Shown: positions 12,001 through 20,613 of the stretch, one piece after another
How the letters are laid out: every line of letters begins with the position of its first letter
Numbering within the stretch: position 1 is the stretch's first letter
Assembly (NCBI GenBank): GCA_963836375.1
Contig: CAWIJK010000004.1
Span: 923,303 to 987,302 of the forward strand
DNA: 64,000 nucleotides
From: an uncultured Acidimicrobiaceae bacterium
GTDB lineage: Bacteria > Actinomycetota > Acidimicrobiia > Acidimicrobiales > RAAP-2
Direction: 5' to 3'
Made by a program: the position numbers and the translations under genes
The notes under the pieces: model-generated
Databases searched by the model: none
What the model was told of the DNA's origin: nothing
What the model saw: only the letters and a program-made list of their open reading frames with translations

Positions 12001-12500
12001 TCGATGCCGGCCGGCTCGACGATGCCCGCAGGGAGCTGGTGGCTATCGAAGCGGCGGGCTACGAGCTCCCCCGCGACGCCACCTGGTTCAGCGGGATGAC
12101 CATGTACGCCGAAGCGATCATCCACTGCGGCGACGAGCGGCGCGCCGGAGCCCTGGTGGAACGACTGGCTCCCTGGGGGCGCCTGTTGAGCACCAGCACC
12201 GCCTCGGTCGAGGGTTTGGTCGACCACTACGTCGGCGGCCTCTACGCGCTTTTGGGCCGCGACGAGGAGGCCGAGGCGGCGCTGGCGCGGGCCGCGTCCT
12301 TCAACGAGCGGGTCGGGGCCAGGTTCTTCGGTGCCCGGACGGATCTCCAGTGGGGTCAGCTGCTGGCCCAACGCCGGGATCCTGGGGACCTGGAGCGGGC
12401 CCGTGAGCTGCTGACGAGGGCTCACGCCCTCGGCCAGGCTCACGGGTACGGCGCCCTCGAGCGGCGGGCGGCCGACACGCTGGCCCAGCTCGACCGCTGA
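9018..12500 (+). CDS. Class III adenylate/guanylate cyclase domain fused to a P-loop STAND NTPase and a TPR-like C-terminal region
   Basis: Cyclase: FLLFTDVVASTELS...EVKSLGDGLMVAF...GLSGGEV...GDPVVEAARL. P-loop: VLVAGEAGMGKSTL. Walker B: VVLVLEDLHWAD. A long helical repeat tail follows and no LuxR HTH was seen. The true start is probably near TTG 9198, since the upstream 60 codons look non-coding. Confidence 0.85.
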   Translation: MAGPGSERGLRWRPPGAAGAAGGPRREGSAGRRRLFDRERSWRVPPGLAYAGYSNEHGGLLTTDTVFLLFTDVVASTELSQSLTVELADVTRREHLSILRQAIAETGGNEVKSLGDGLMVAFTSASSALACAVAMQQGVERGNRDRGRPIGLRVGLSGGEVTFEDDDYFGDPVVEAARLCATCASGQVLATEVVRLTAGRRSRQECRPVGELTLKGLPEPVEAVEVLWEPLDGVETGTSVPLPGRLTVRPGVGVVGRTTELETLSDALKRAVAGGGRQVVLVAGEAGMGKSTLTAEMARSAFGNGAVVLLGRCEEELAAPYQLFAEALAHLVAHASDELLSAHVAEHGSAIAHLVPALSRRRIDLPASKSNDADTERYLLFAAVAGLLSLAARDQPVVLVLEDLHWADKSSLALLRHVVASAEVVPLLVIATYRDTELSRSHPLVSTLGVLRREPGVTRVELSGFGDAEVLSFMESAAGQALDAPGVALAHAVYRETDGNPYFVYEVLRHLSESGAIYQDAGGHWTARSDIDDLDLPTSVREVIGARLARLGDDAARALSLAAVIGRDFDIGLLAAATGRSEDELMDMLDTAAEAALVRELADAPGQFSFRHTLIQHTLYQDLGPTRRARAHQRVAVALEDMCNGRPGDRVGELAMHWSKATTPVDVDKALTYACLAAEAAAAELAPEEALGFYTQALELEGRASETDPLVHLDILIGLGTAQRQLGDPSFRNTLLEAGRGALELGDVKRLVAATLANNRGFWSSLGVVDTERVELLRAAVDRLEGDLPDRALLLATLCTESTYDANPDDRHRLAEEAMAIAHRIGDDATIVRVSNLVVGIEPERFDETDALTGEALVRARATGDPVLLFWANAWRGRWALMAGALDQEDGCLQEMASLAEWLHQPILTWYSTFRAATRALVAGDHDEAERLATRALEIGTESGQPDASTVFGAQFMSVSWQRGKAGDLVELIEQTIADNPGVPTFRAALAASLVDAGRLDDARRELVAIEAAGYELPRDATWFSGMTMYAEAIIHCGDERRAGALVERLAPWGRLLSTSTASVEGLVDHYVGGLYALLGRDEEAEAALARAASFNERVGARFFGARTDLQWGQLLAQRRDPGDLERARELLTRAHALGQAHGYGALERRAADTLAQLDR

Positions 12501-12698
12501 CCTCGAGGGAGCGGCCGGCCGGACCCCGGTTCGCGTTGCCTGGTGGCAACCGTCGCCGCGCCCGAACCGGTCGCTTCGGGGGACCCGCCGAGGGGCCGCC
12601 CGCACCGGCTACCGGACGGCAACCGTGCTCCAACCGGTTGGCGCTCTTGGGATGCGATCCTCTGTCGCAATGACCCGACCAGGGAACGAGGCGGCGTG

Positions 12699-14939
12699 AT
12701 GTTGAAGAAGGTCCTCCTGTGTGCAACCACCGCAGTGGTGGCGACGCTCGGCGCGGCGATGGCGGTGCCGGTGGCCAGCGCCTCGGCCAGTCCCGGCCCA
12801 CCCGCCGCCGCCGTGGTCTACGACGCCACGACGAACCCCCTCGTGCCCATGGTGAGCGAGGCCTTCGAGGCCACATCGACCTCGGAGTTCGGCAACGAGA
12901 TCAGCTTCGCCGCCTCCCAGCCCACCTTGACGGGGGCCACAGTGACCATGGACAGCTGGGCCTGCCAGAGTGGTGGATGGGCGGATGCCGCCGACGACTG
13001 CGTGACCACACCCGGCACGACCTTCTCTGAGCCGGTCACCCTCAATCTCTACTCGGTCGGCCCGGACAACACGGTGGGCCCGCTCCTCTCCTCGACGACC
13101 CAGACCTTCGACATCCCCTACCGGCCGTCGGACACGCCGAGCTGCTCGTCGCCCAACAATGGGGAGTTCTTGTTCAACGGCAAATGCGCCCACGGGCTCC
13201 CGGTCAACATCAGCTTCGATCTCGGGGCGGTGAGCGTGCCGGATACGGTCATCTACGGGATCAGCTACAACACCAGCGGCTACGGCCCTCACCCCTACGG
13301 GTACGCCACGGCGTGCGCGCAGACCCCGCAGGGCTGCGGCTACGACTCGCTCAACGTGGCCCTCTCTTCGACCCAGGGTCCCTCGGTGGGAACCGACCCG
13401 CTGCCCGGAAGCGACTTTGTCGACAGCACCTGGGGCGGGGCCTACTGCGACAACGGCGCCGACGGCACCGGCACGTTCCGCTGGGACTCGGTGACCCAGG
13501 TGAGCAACGGTGACCCCGCAGCACTCGGCTGCGTGGCGAACACCGACAGCCCGGCGGGCAACCCGGACCCCTCCGACAACGACGACTACTACGTCCCGGC
13601 CGTCCAGTTCCTGGCCGACCCGACCCCGGCGATCACCGGCGTGACCCCGAGCACCGGTCCGACCGGCGGGGACACGACGGTCACCGTGGAGGGGAGCGGC
13701 TTCACCGGCGCAACCGCCGTCACCTTCGGTTCGGCCGCCGCCACCTCGTTCACCGTGGTCTCGGACACCCAGATCACCGCCGTCACCCCGACGGGGGCGG
13801 CCAGGGCGGCCGCGGTGGCGGTCACCGGGCCGGGCGGCACGGCCACCGATGCCGGCGGCTTCACCTATGTGGCCCCCCCGACCATCACCTCGGTCGCCCC
13901 CGCCTCGGGACCGACCGGTGGCGGCACCACCGTGACCGTCGAGGGGACCAATCTCTCGGCCGCCACCTCGGTCACCGTCGGCGGCTCGGCGGCCACGGTG
14001 AGCTCGGACACCCCCACCTCGATCACGCTCAGCGCCCCCGGGGGCCCGGCCGGCTCGGCCGCCGTGGTGGTGACCACCGCCGGCGGTAGCGCCACCGACA
14101 CGGAGGGCTTCACCTACGTGGTGACGGTCCCGGCCATCACGAGCCCCGCCGCCGGGGCCTTCGTCGACGCGGTGTCGAACTCTTTCACCCTCTCGGCCGT
14201 CGGCACCCCGGTGCCGAACCTGTCGGTGGCCCCGAGCGCCGGTCGACTGCCGTCGTGGCTGACCGTCTCGTACTCGGGGGGGGGTGCGGCGGTCCTCGGC
14301 GGCACGCCGCCGGCGGGGACCAAGAAGGTCTACACCCTCGAGGTCACCGCCTCGAACCTCAACGGAGCAACGACCCAGCGGCTAACCCTCACCGTGGGCT
14401 TCGCGCCCACCTTCACCTCGCTGGCCACCGCCACCTTGAAGGTCGGGTCGGACAGAACCTTCCTCGTCCACACGAAGGGCTACCCGCTGGGGGCGCTCAG
14501 CGAGACCGGGGCCCTGCCGGCCGGGGTGGACTTCGTCCCCACCCCCCTCGGGAGGGCCACCCTCACCGGTGTCCCCGCCCCGGGAAGCGGCGGGATCTAC
14601 CGGCTCACGCTGCACGCCACCAGCGTGACCGGCAGCGCCACCCAGGCACTCGTCGTCACCGTCGACGAGACGCCCGCCTTCACCAGTGCGGCGTCGGCGA
14701 CCTTCACCGGCGGTGAGCCCGGCACCTTCACGGTGACCACCAGCCACGCCTATCCGGCGGTCCGCCTGAGCGAGACCGGGACCCTGCCGTCGACGGTGAC
14801 CTTCACCGACCACGGCAACGGCACGGCCAGCCTGACCGGAACACCCTCGGCCGGCACCAGTCGTCGGTACACCATCGAACTGGTGGCGACCACCGGATCG
14901 GCCTCGGTCGACCAGCGCTTCACCCTCAACGTGACCTGA
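12699..14939 (+). CDS. Secreted multidomain protein: Cys-rich N-terminal domain, two IPT/TIG domains and three Ig-like repeats
   Basis: Signal peptide MLKKVLLCATTAVVATLGAAMAVPVASASA. There are two copies of I(T)xVxPxxGPTGGxTTVTVEGxxF/L (IPT/TIG signature) and three roughly 90-aa repeats ending ...LT(L/V)(T/N)V. ATG at 12699 follows GGAACGAGG. Confidence 0.8.
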   Translation: MLKKVLLCATTAVVATLGAAMAVPVASASASPGPPAAAVVYDATTNPLVPMVSEAFEATSTSEFGNEISFAASQPTLTGATVTMDSWACQSGGWADAADDCVTTPGTTFSEPVTLNLYSVGPDNTVGPLLSSTTQTFDIPYRPSDTPSCSSPNNGEFLFNGKCAHGLPVNISFDLGAVSVPDTVIYGISYNTSGYGPHPYGYATACAQTPQGCGYDSLNVALSSTQGPSVGTDPLPGSDFVDSTWGGAYCDNGADGTGTFRWDSVTQVSNGDPAALGCVANTDSPAGNPDPSDNDDYYVPAVQFLADPTPAITGVTPSTGPTGGDTTVTVEGSGFTGATAVTFGSAAATSFTVVSDTQITAVTPTGAARAAAVAVTGPGGTATDAGGFTYVAPPTITSVAPASGPTGGGTTVTVEGTNLSAATSVTVGGSAATVSSDTPTSITLSAPGGPAGSAAVVVTTAGGSATDTEGFTYVVTVPAITSPAAGAFVDAVSNSFTLSAVGTPVPNLSVAPSAGRLPSWLTVSYSGGGAAVLGGTPPAGTKKVYTLEVTASNLNGATTQRLTLTVGFAPTFTSLATATLKVGSDRTFLVHTKGYPLGALSETGALPAGVDFVPTPLGRATLTGVPAPGSGGIYRLTLHATSVTGSATQALVVTVDETPAFTSAASATFTGGEPGTFTVTTSHAYPAVRLSETGTLPSTVTFTDHGNGTASLTGTPSAGTSRRYTIELVATTGSASVDQRFTLNVT

Positions 14940-14987
14940 GCGGTCGGGGGCCGCCCGGCCCGGTCCCAGCCTCTAACGTGCGGGGCC

Positions 14988-15914
14988 GTGCCCAACGTGC
15001 GAGTGACCGCCCACCTCCCCACCACCAGGGTCGACCGGCCCGCCGAGTTCCTCACGGCCGAGGCCGTGGCCGAGGTGGCCTCGGCCCTCGAGGACGCTGG
15101 CTACGACGGGTGCCACGTCACCGACCACCCGGCGCCCGACGCCCGCTGGCTGGACGGTGGCGGTCATCACGCGCTCGACCCGTTTGTGGCGCTGTCGTTC
15201 GCCGCCGCCGCCACCACCACCCTGCGGCTGCAGACCTACATCTACGTGGCCGGCTACCGGAATCCCTTCCTCTCGGCCAAGTCGGCCCTGAGCCTCGATC
15301 TCCTCTCGGGCGGCCGGCTGACCCTGGGGATGGCCGCCGGCTACCTCAAGCCCGAGTTCGGCGCCCTCGGGGTCGACTTCGACGAGCGCAACGAACTGCT
15401 CGAAGAGGCGATCGAGGTGATGAAGCTGGCCTGGACCGGCGAGACCGTCTCCTACCAGGGGCGGCACTTCCGGGCCCGGGGGGTGCGCATGTGCCCGGCC
15501 CCGGTGGCCGACCCGCACCCGCCGATCTGGATGGGTGGGAATTCCACCCGGGCCATCCGGCGGGCCGTCGAGAGCTGCCAGGGCTGGGCGCCATTCCGCA
15601 GTGGACGCATCGCCGACTCGACCCGGACCGCCTCGGTCACCGGGATCGACGACCTGGTGCCCCGGATCGAGCTGGCCCGGCGCCACGCCGAGGTCGTCGG
15701 GCGGACCGAGCCCCTCGACATCTGCTTCAGCCTCGGGGACAACGAGGGCGGCCCGAGCGGCAACGCGGCCAAGCGGGCCGAGTTGGAGCGCCTGGCCGAG
15801 GTTGGCGTCACGTGGGTCTCGGTCGGCTTCGACGACCGGCCCGGCAGCACCCGCCGACAGGTCATCGACCGGGGCCGCCGCTTCGCCGACGAGGTGCTGG
15901 GCCCCCTGCGCTGA
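14988..15914 (+). CDS. Luciferase-like monooxygenase (LLM) class, probable F420-dependent oxidoreductase
   Basis: AEDAGYDGCHVTDHP...LDPFVALSFAAAATTTLRL...LSGGRLTLGMAAGY...IWMGGNS is a typical LLM TIM-barrel pattern. Confidence 0.8.
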   Translation: MPNVRVTAHLPTTRVDRPAEFLTAEAVAEVASALEDAGYDGCHVTDHPAPDARWLDGGGHHALDPFVALSFAAAATTTLRLQTYIYVAGYRNPFLSAKSALSLDLLSGGRLTLGMAAGYLKPEFGALGVDFDERNELLEEAIEVMKLAWTGETVSYQGRHFRARGVRMCPAPVADPHPPIWMGGNSTRAIRRAVESCQGWAPFRSGRIADSTRTASVTGIDDLVPRIELARRHAEVVGRTEPLDICFSLGDNEGGPSGNAAKRAELERLAEVGVTWVSVGFDDRPGSTRRQVIDRGRRFADEVLGPLR

Positions 15915-16064
15915 CCGTCGGCCGCCCGGTTCGGCACCCCGCCGCCGCCGGGGGACGCCGACTTCGGCCGCCCCGCCGACCGGTGGAGGGCGACGGGAGT
16001 ACGCTGGACCGGCAACCGGCTGACAAGGACGGCCCCGTGGGATCACCACTCGTGTGACGACCGC

Positions 16065-16556
16065 ATGAGGCGCCTGGGGCTCTTCGCCGTCTCTCTCGCC
16101 GCCCTGATCGCCGCTGGCCTCGCCGGGGCTCTGATCAGCGGGCACATCAACGGCGGGCACGTCAACAACGGGCACCCGGCGGTGGCCACCACCACGAGCA
16201 CCCACACCGATGCGACCACGACGACGACCGTCCCGCACTCCGGGGACATCGTCGAGGTGGCGAACGGCACGATCCAGCCGGGCGCCGCGGCCTACTTCAC
16301 CCAGATCCTCCAGTCGAAGGGCTGGGCGACCGCCACCCCGATGAACGCCACCTCGCCGGTGACGGCCACCGGCGTCTACTACGCACCGGGCAAGGAGCCG
16401 GCGGCGCTATTGGCCGCCACCCAGCTCGGGATCGCCCCGTCCGCCGTCGCGCCCATCAACCCCAACGTCCCGTTGGGCACCACCCTCGGTCTCGACGTGG
16501 TGGTGATCATCGGCCCCGACCTGGCCTCCCGGGCGGCGGCCGCCCCCTCGACCTGA
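16065..16556 (+). CDS. LytR C-terminal (LytR_C) domain membrane-anchored protein
   Basis: N-terminal TM LGLFAVSLAALIAAGLAGALI, a His/Thr-rich linker, then VEVANGTIQPGAAAYFTQILQSKGW...VYYAPG...LDVVVIIGPD. Confidence 0.7.
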   Translation: MRRLGLFAVSLAALIAAGLAGALISGHINGGHVNNGHPAVATTTSTHTDATTTTTVPHSGDIVEVANGTIQPGAAAYFTQILQSKGWATATPMNATSPVTATGVYYAPGKEPAALLAATQLGIAPSAVAPINPNVPLGTTLGLDVVVIIGPDLASRAAAAPST

Positions 16557-16574
16557 GCGCCAGGGGGCGGCCGC

Positions 16575-18302
16575 TCAGCCCGGGGCGGTCACCACCGAGT
16601 AGGTGTCGTGTCCCGACCGCAGGACCTTCCCCGGCGTCTCGCCGGTTGGCTTGCCGTCGACGATGGTCTCGACCCCGTTCACCAGGACCCGGGAGACCCC
16701 GATCGAGGCCGCGAACAACCTCGGCGCACCGCCGGGCAGGTCGTGGACCAACCGGGCCGGCTCGGACCCCACCGTCTCGGGGTCGAAGACGAACAGGTCC
16801 GCCCGCATCCCCTCGGCCACCAGCCCCCGGTCCCGGAGGCCGAAGAGCTCCGCCGGTTGCCGCGTCATCATCTCGACCGCCCGCTCCACCGGCACGAGTT
16901 TGCGGTTGCGCAGGCAGTCGCCCAGGAACGACGTCGGGTAGTTCGAGCCGCACATGCGGTCCAGGTGCGCCCCGGCGTCCGAACCGCCGACCATCGCCCT
17001 CGGGTCCTGCCAGGCCTCGGCCCGAAGGGCCCAGGTGGCGTCGTCCCGGTCGGTCGGCTTGGGCCAGAGCACGGTGCGCAAGTCGTCGGCGATGACCACG
17101 TCCAAGAGGGCGTCGAAGGGCTCGACCCCGCGCTCGGCCGCGATGTCCGACACATCGCGCCACTCCAGGCCCTCGTTTGCCTTCGAGAAGGTGTCGCCGA
17201 TGACGTAGTTGCCCCAACCGGCGAGGCGCCGGAAGACGCCGGCCTCCTTGGCGTGGGCCAGGTCGTTCAGGTGCTTGCGGACCTCGGGATCACCGAGCTT
17301 GACGATCCGCTCGGGGACGGGCAGCCCGAGCACGTCGATCCAGCCCGGGATGAGAAAGAGCGCGCAGTGGTTGAGGAAGCTCATGTTCATCGGCACGAGG
17401 GTGGGCATGGTCAGGGCGACGATCCGCCCCCCGGCCGCCTCGGCGGCCGTCGAGGCCTCGAGCTGGTGCTGCATCTTCTCGGGGGCGCGCGAATCGACGG
17501 TGAGCAGGTTCCAGTTGAGGGGGCGCCGGGCGGTCGCGGTCATGGCCACCATCAGGTCGACCTCGACGTCGGAGAACGAGTCGAGGCACCCGCTCGTGAT
17601 GTACTCGAGTGTCGTTCCCTCGTGGTCCCGGATCTCCTCGCAGAAGGCCAGCATCTCGCGGCGGTCTGCGTTGCGTGAATTGATCGGGTTGCCGTCGCCG
17701 TCCGAATGGGTCCGCGACTGGGACGAGGAGAACCCCAGCCCTCCGGCCTCCAGCGAGTCGGCCAGCAACCTGCGCATGGCGGCGATCTCGTCGTCGGTGG
17801 CCACCTCGGTCCCCCGCCCAGAGCCCATGACCTTGCGCCGCAGGGCGCAGTGGCCCACCAAGAACCCGGCGTTGACGCCGAGGTTGCCGTCGAGCCGGTC
17901 GAGGTACTCGCCGAAGGTCGACCAGTTCCACGGCACGCCGTTCTCGAGGGCCTCGAGCGGCATGCCCTCCACCTTGGCCATCATCCGACGGATGTAGTCG
18001 GCGTCCTCGGCATTGATCGGGGCCAGCGTGAACCCGCAGTTCCCACCGATGATCGTCGTCACCCCGTGCAGGTTGGAGGGCGACGCCGAGGGGTCCCAGA
18101 AGAGCTGGGCGTCGTAGTGGGTGTGCGGGTCGATGATCCCCGGAACCACCATCAGCCCGTCGGCCGGCAGCTCCCGGGCAACCTCCCCTTCCACCTGGCC
18201 CACGGCCACGATCCGGCCGTCGCCGATCCCCACGTCGGCCCGGCGGGGTGCTGCCCCGGTCCCGTCGACCACCGTGGCGCCGCGGATCACGTAGTCCAAC
18301 AT
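16575..18302 (-). CDS. N-acyl-D-amino-acid deacylase (D-aminoacylase) family amidohydrolase
   Basis: MLDYVIRGATVVDGTGAAPRRADVGIGDGRIVAVG...PGIIDPHTHYD (metal-binding HxH)...SDAGAH. ATG at 18302 is preceded by AAGAGGAGG. Confidence 0.82.
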   Translation of the reverse strand: MLDYVIRGATVVDGTGAAPRRADVGIGDGRIVAVGQVEGEVARELPADGLMVVPGIIDPHTHYDAQLFWDPSASPSNLHGVTTIIGGNCGFTLAPINAEDADYIRRMMAKVEGMPLEALENGVPWNWSTFGEYLDRLDGNLGVNAGFLVGHCALRRKVMGSGRGTEVATDDEIAAMRRLLADSLEAGGLGFSSSQSRTHSDGDGNPINSRNADRREMLAFCEEIRDHEGTTLEYITSGCLDSFSDVEVDLMVAMTATARRPLNWNLLTVDSRAPEKMQHQLEASTAAEAAGGRIVALTMPTLVPMNMSFLNHCALFLIPGWIDVLGLPVPERIVKLGDPEVRKHLNDLAHAKEAGVFRRLAGWGNYVIGDTFSKANEGLEWRDVSDIAAERGVEPFDALLDVVIADDLRTVLWPKPTDRDDATWALRAEAWQDPRAMVGGSDAGAHLDRMCGSNYPTSFLGDCLRNRKLVPVERAVEMMTRQPAELFGLRDRGLVAEGMRADLFVFDPETVGSEPARLVHDLPGGAPRLFAASIGVSRVLVNGVETIVDGKPTGETPGKVLRSGHDTYSVVTAPG

Positions 18303-18315
18303 CGACAGGACCTCC

Positions 18316-18360
18316 TCTTTGGGGTCGGGCTCTTGGGGTCGGGCTCTTGGGGTCGGGCTC
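18316..18360. repeat. Three tandem copies of a 14-nt unit (TCTTGGGGTCGGGC) in the 5' leader of the deacylase gene
   Basis: Direct reading: tctttggggtcgggc / tcttggggtcgggc / tcttggggtcgggc. The unit length is not a multiple of three. The first copy overlaps the RBS on the minus strand. Confidence 0.8.
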
Positions 18361-18446
18361 ACACGGTCTGGCGTCGCCATCCGCCTCGGCGGGGCACCCC
18401 CGGGCCGGCGGACCGGGCCAGGTCTGGGATCTGACGCCCCGTCAGC

Positions 18447-18941
18447 TTAGGCCGGTCGGGTCGAGGGCAGGCCGAGCTTGCGGTGGTCCCAGCTCACGAC
18501 CCGGTCGACGACGACTTTGACCACGACCCGCTTGTGGAGCATCGTCTCGACGAACGGGCGGAGCTGTTCGGTGTACTCGCCGTAGTAGCGCTCGAAGAGG
18601 TCGACCCCGAGCGAGAACATCCGCTCGGGGTCGTCCACGAACTCGGCCCGGCCCACCAGCTCGACCCCCCGGAGCTCCTCGTAGTAGTCGCCGTCCTCGA
18701 ACAGACAGGTGATGCGGGGGTCCCGGCGCAGGTTCTGGACCTTCTGCGCCTTGGTCTTGGTCTCGACGGCGACCGAGCCCTCCAAGAACCCGTACCACAT
18801 GGCCACGGCGTGGATCGTCCCGTCGTGGTTGATCGTGCACATTGACATCGGCCGGCGCTCGTGCAAGAAGGCGTCGACCTCCTCGGGGGTCATCTTGATG
18901 GCGGCCCGCTGATTCACCCCGTGGCCCATCGCCTCGCTCAT
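18447..18941 (-). CDS. PPOX-class probable F420-dependent oxidoreductase (second copy)
   Basis: MTPEEVDAFLHERRPMSMCTINHDGTIHAVAMWY...KAQKVQNLRRDPRITCL...GVELVGRAEFV is the split beta-barrel FMN/F420-binding family pattern. Confidence 0.78.
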   Translation of the reverse strand: MSEAMGHGVNQRAAIKMTPEEVDAFLHERRPMSMCTINHDGTIHAVAMWYGFLEGSVAVETKTKAQKVQNLRRDPRITCLFEDGDYYEELRGVELVGRAEFVDDPERMFSLGVDLFERYYGEYTEQLRPFVETMLHKRVVVKVVVDRVVSWDHRKLGLPSTRPA

Positions 18942-19361
18942 GACCGCCTCCTCTCTGGTCCGGTGCCCGACCGGCTCGGCGCAGCGTAGCGAGGATCAAG
19001 AGTTCACCTCGTGGTCATCTCAGCGTTGCGGGTGGATCACTGACCGTTCACCTCGCTTTTCTAGCGTGACCACCGATGGCCCCATCCACCTCCCCTCGAC
19101 CCCGGCACCCCGGGTCCCCGCCAAGGGGCCGGGACGGCGGGACCGCCACGATCACCCGCCTGAAGGAGCGATCGGCGCGCCCCGCTCGGGCCTCGGTTCT
19201 GGCTGCACTACGTCGGTACCTGCCGGCCAGGGCGGCGGCGGGGAACCGGCCCCCCCGTTCCCCGTCGTCGCCACCCCCCGGAGAGGCCAGGCGGGACCAC
19301 CCGAGCTGGCCGGTCCCGACCCCCGACGACGCGGCCTGATGCCCGGCGCCCAGCCGCACCG

Positions 19362-20096
19362 GTGGTGACCACCACCGATACCCGTGAGCCGGCTCACGGG
19401 GCCACCCGCGACAGCCGTCCTCTGGTCCTGGTGGTCGACGACGAGGAGTCGTACCGTCAGGCGTTGGCCTCGGGACTCTCACGCGAGGGCTTCGCCGTCG
19501 AGCTGGCCGCCGACGGCCACGAGGCCCTTCGCCTCTTCCACCGGGTGCACCCCGACCTGGTGCTGCTCGACGTGATGCTGCCGGACCAGTCCGGCGTCGA
19601 GCTGTGCCAGCGCATGCGGGCCCTGGCTCCGATCCCCATCATCATGGTCACCGCCCGCGACTCCGAGGTCGACGTGGTGCTGGGCCTCGAACTCGGAGCG
19701 TCGGACTACGTGGCCAAGCCGTTCCGCCTGCGCGAGCTCGTCGCCCGGATGCGCGCCGTGCTCCGCCGGGGCTCCACCTCGCCGGCCCCGCGCGACGAGA
19801 TCGTCCAGGTCGGCCCGGTCCGCCTGGACACCGGGCGCCGGGAGGTGACCGTCCACAGCCGGCCGGTCGACCTCTCGCGCAAGGAGTTCGACCTGCTGGC
19901 CCTGCTCATGTCCCACGCCGGCCAGGTGGTGACCCGGGAGTGGTGCATCGACCGACTCTGGTGGGACCAGGAGCTCTCCGACACCCGGACCCTCGACACC
20001 CACGTGAAGCGCCTGCGGCGCAAGATGGAGCCGGACCCGGCCCACCCCCGCCACCTGGTCACCGTGCGGGGCGTCGGCTTCCGCTTCGAGCCCTGA
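19362..20096 (+). CDS. OmpR/PhoB-family response regulator (no adjacent histidine kinase)
   Basis: The receiver domain (LVLVVDDEES...PDLVLLDVMLPDQSG...IIMVTARD...DYVAKPF) is followed by a winged helix (LSRKEFDLLALLM...LDTHVKRLRRK...VRGVGFRF). Confidence 0.92.
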   Translation: MVTTTDTREPAHGATRDSRPLVLVVDDEESYRQALASGLSREGFAVELAADGHEALRLFHRVHPDLVLLDVMLPDQSGVELCQRMRALAPIPIIMVTARDSEVDVVLGLELGASDYVAKPFRLRELVARMRAVLRRGSTSPAPRDEIVQVGPVRLDTGRREVTVHSRPVDLSRKEFDLLALLMSHAGQVVTREWCIDRLWWDQELSDTRTLDTHVKRLRRKMEPDPAHPRHLVTVRGVGFRFEP

Positions 20097-20138
20097 ACCC
20101 ACCGGGCGGCCTCGGGGCAGGCCCGGTACGCTCGACCC

Positions 20139-20603
20139 ATGAGGAAAAAGGGCGAGTCGGTCCCCGACTTCGAGCTGCCCGACGAGAACGGGACGCCCCG
20201 GCGCCTGAGCGAGCTGTTGAAGGCCGGGCCGGTGGTGCTGTTCTTCTATCCGGCGGCCATGACCTACGGCTGCACCAAGGAGAGCTGCCACTTCCGCGAC
20301 TTGAAGGCCGAGTTCGAGGCGCTCGGTGCCCAGAGGGTGGGCATCAGCGCCGACAAGGTCGACAAGCAGAAGCAGTTCTCCGACAAGCACGGGTTCGACT
20401 ACCCCCTGCTCTCGGACGCGGACTTCACCGTGGCCAACGAGCTCGGGGTCAAGCGGGGCCTGTCCATCATGGGCAACCGCCGGACCACGTTCGTGATCGA
20501 CACCGACCGCACCCTGCTCGACGTGATCCACACCGAGATCTCGATGAGCGCCCACGCCGACCGGGCCCTCGAGGTCCTGCGCCAGCGCACCGCCGCCGCC
20601 TGA
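20139..20603 (+). CDS. bcp: Thioredoxin-dependent thiol peroxidase (peroxiredoxin Bcp)
   Basis: PDFELPDENG...VVLFFYPAAMTYGCTKESCHFRD...GISADKVDKQKQFSDKHGFDYPLLSD. Confidence 0.9.
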   Translation: MRKKGESVPDFELPDENGTPRRLSELLKAGPVVLFFYPAAMTYGCTKESCHFRDLKAEFEALGAQRVGISADKVDKQKQFSDKHGFDYPLLSDADFTVANELGVKRGLSIMGNRRTTFVIDTDRTLLDVIHTEISMSAHADRALEVLRQRTAAA

Positions 20604-20613
20604 CGCGCCGACG

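Noticed and set aside
16554-16577. Hairpin TGAGCG...CGCTCA across the convergent stops of the LytR_C and deacylase genes as a terminator
   Set aside because: The stem is only 6 bp, and three of those pairs follow automatically from TGA facing TCA. That is too weak to call.
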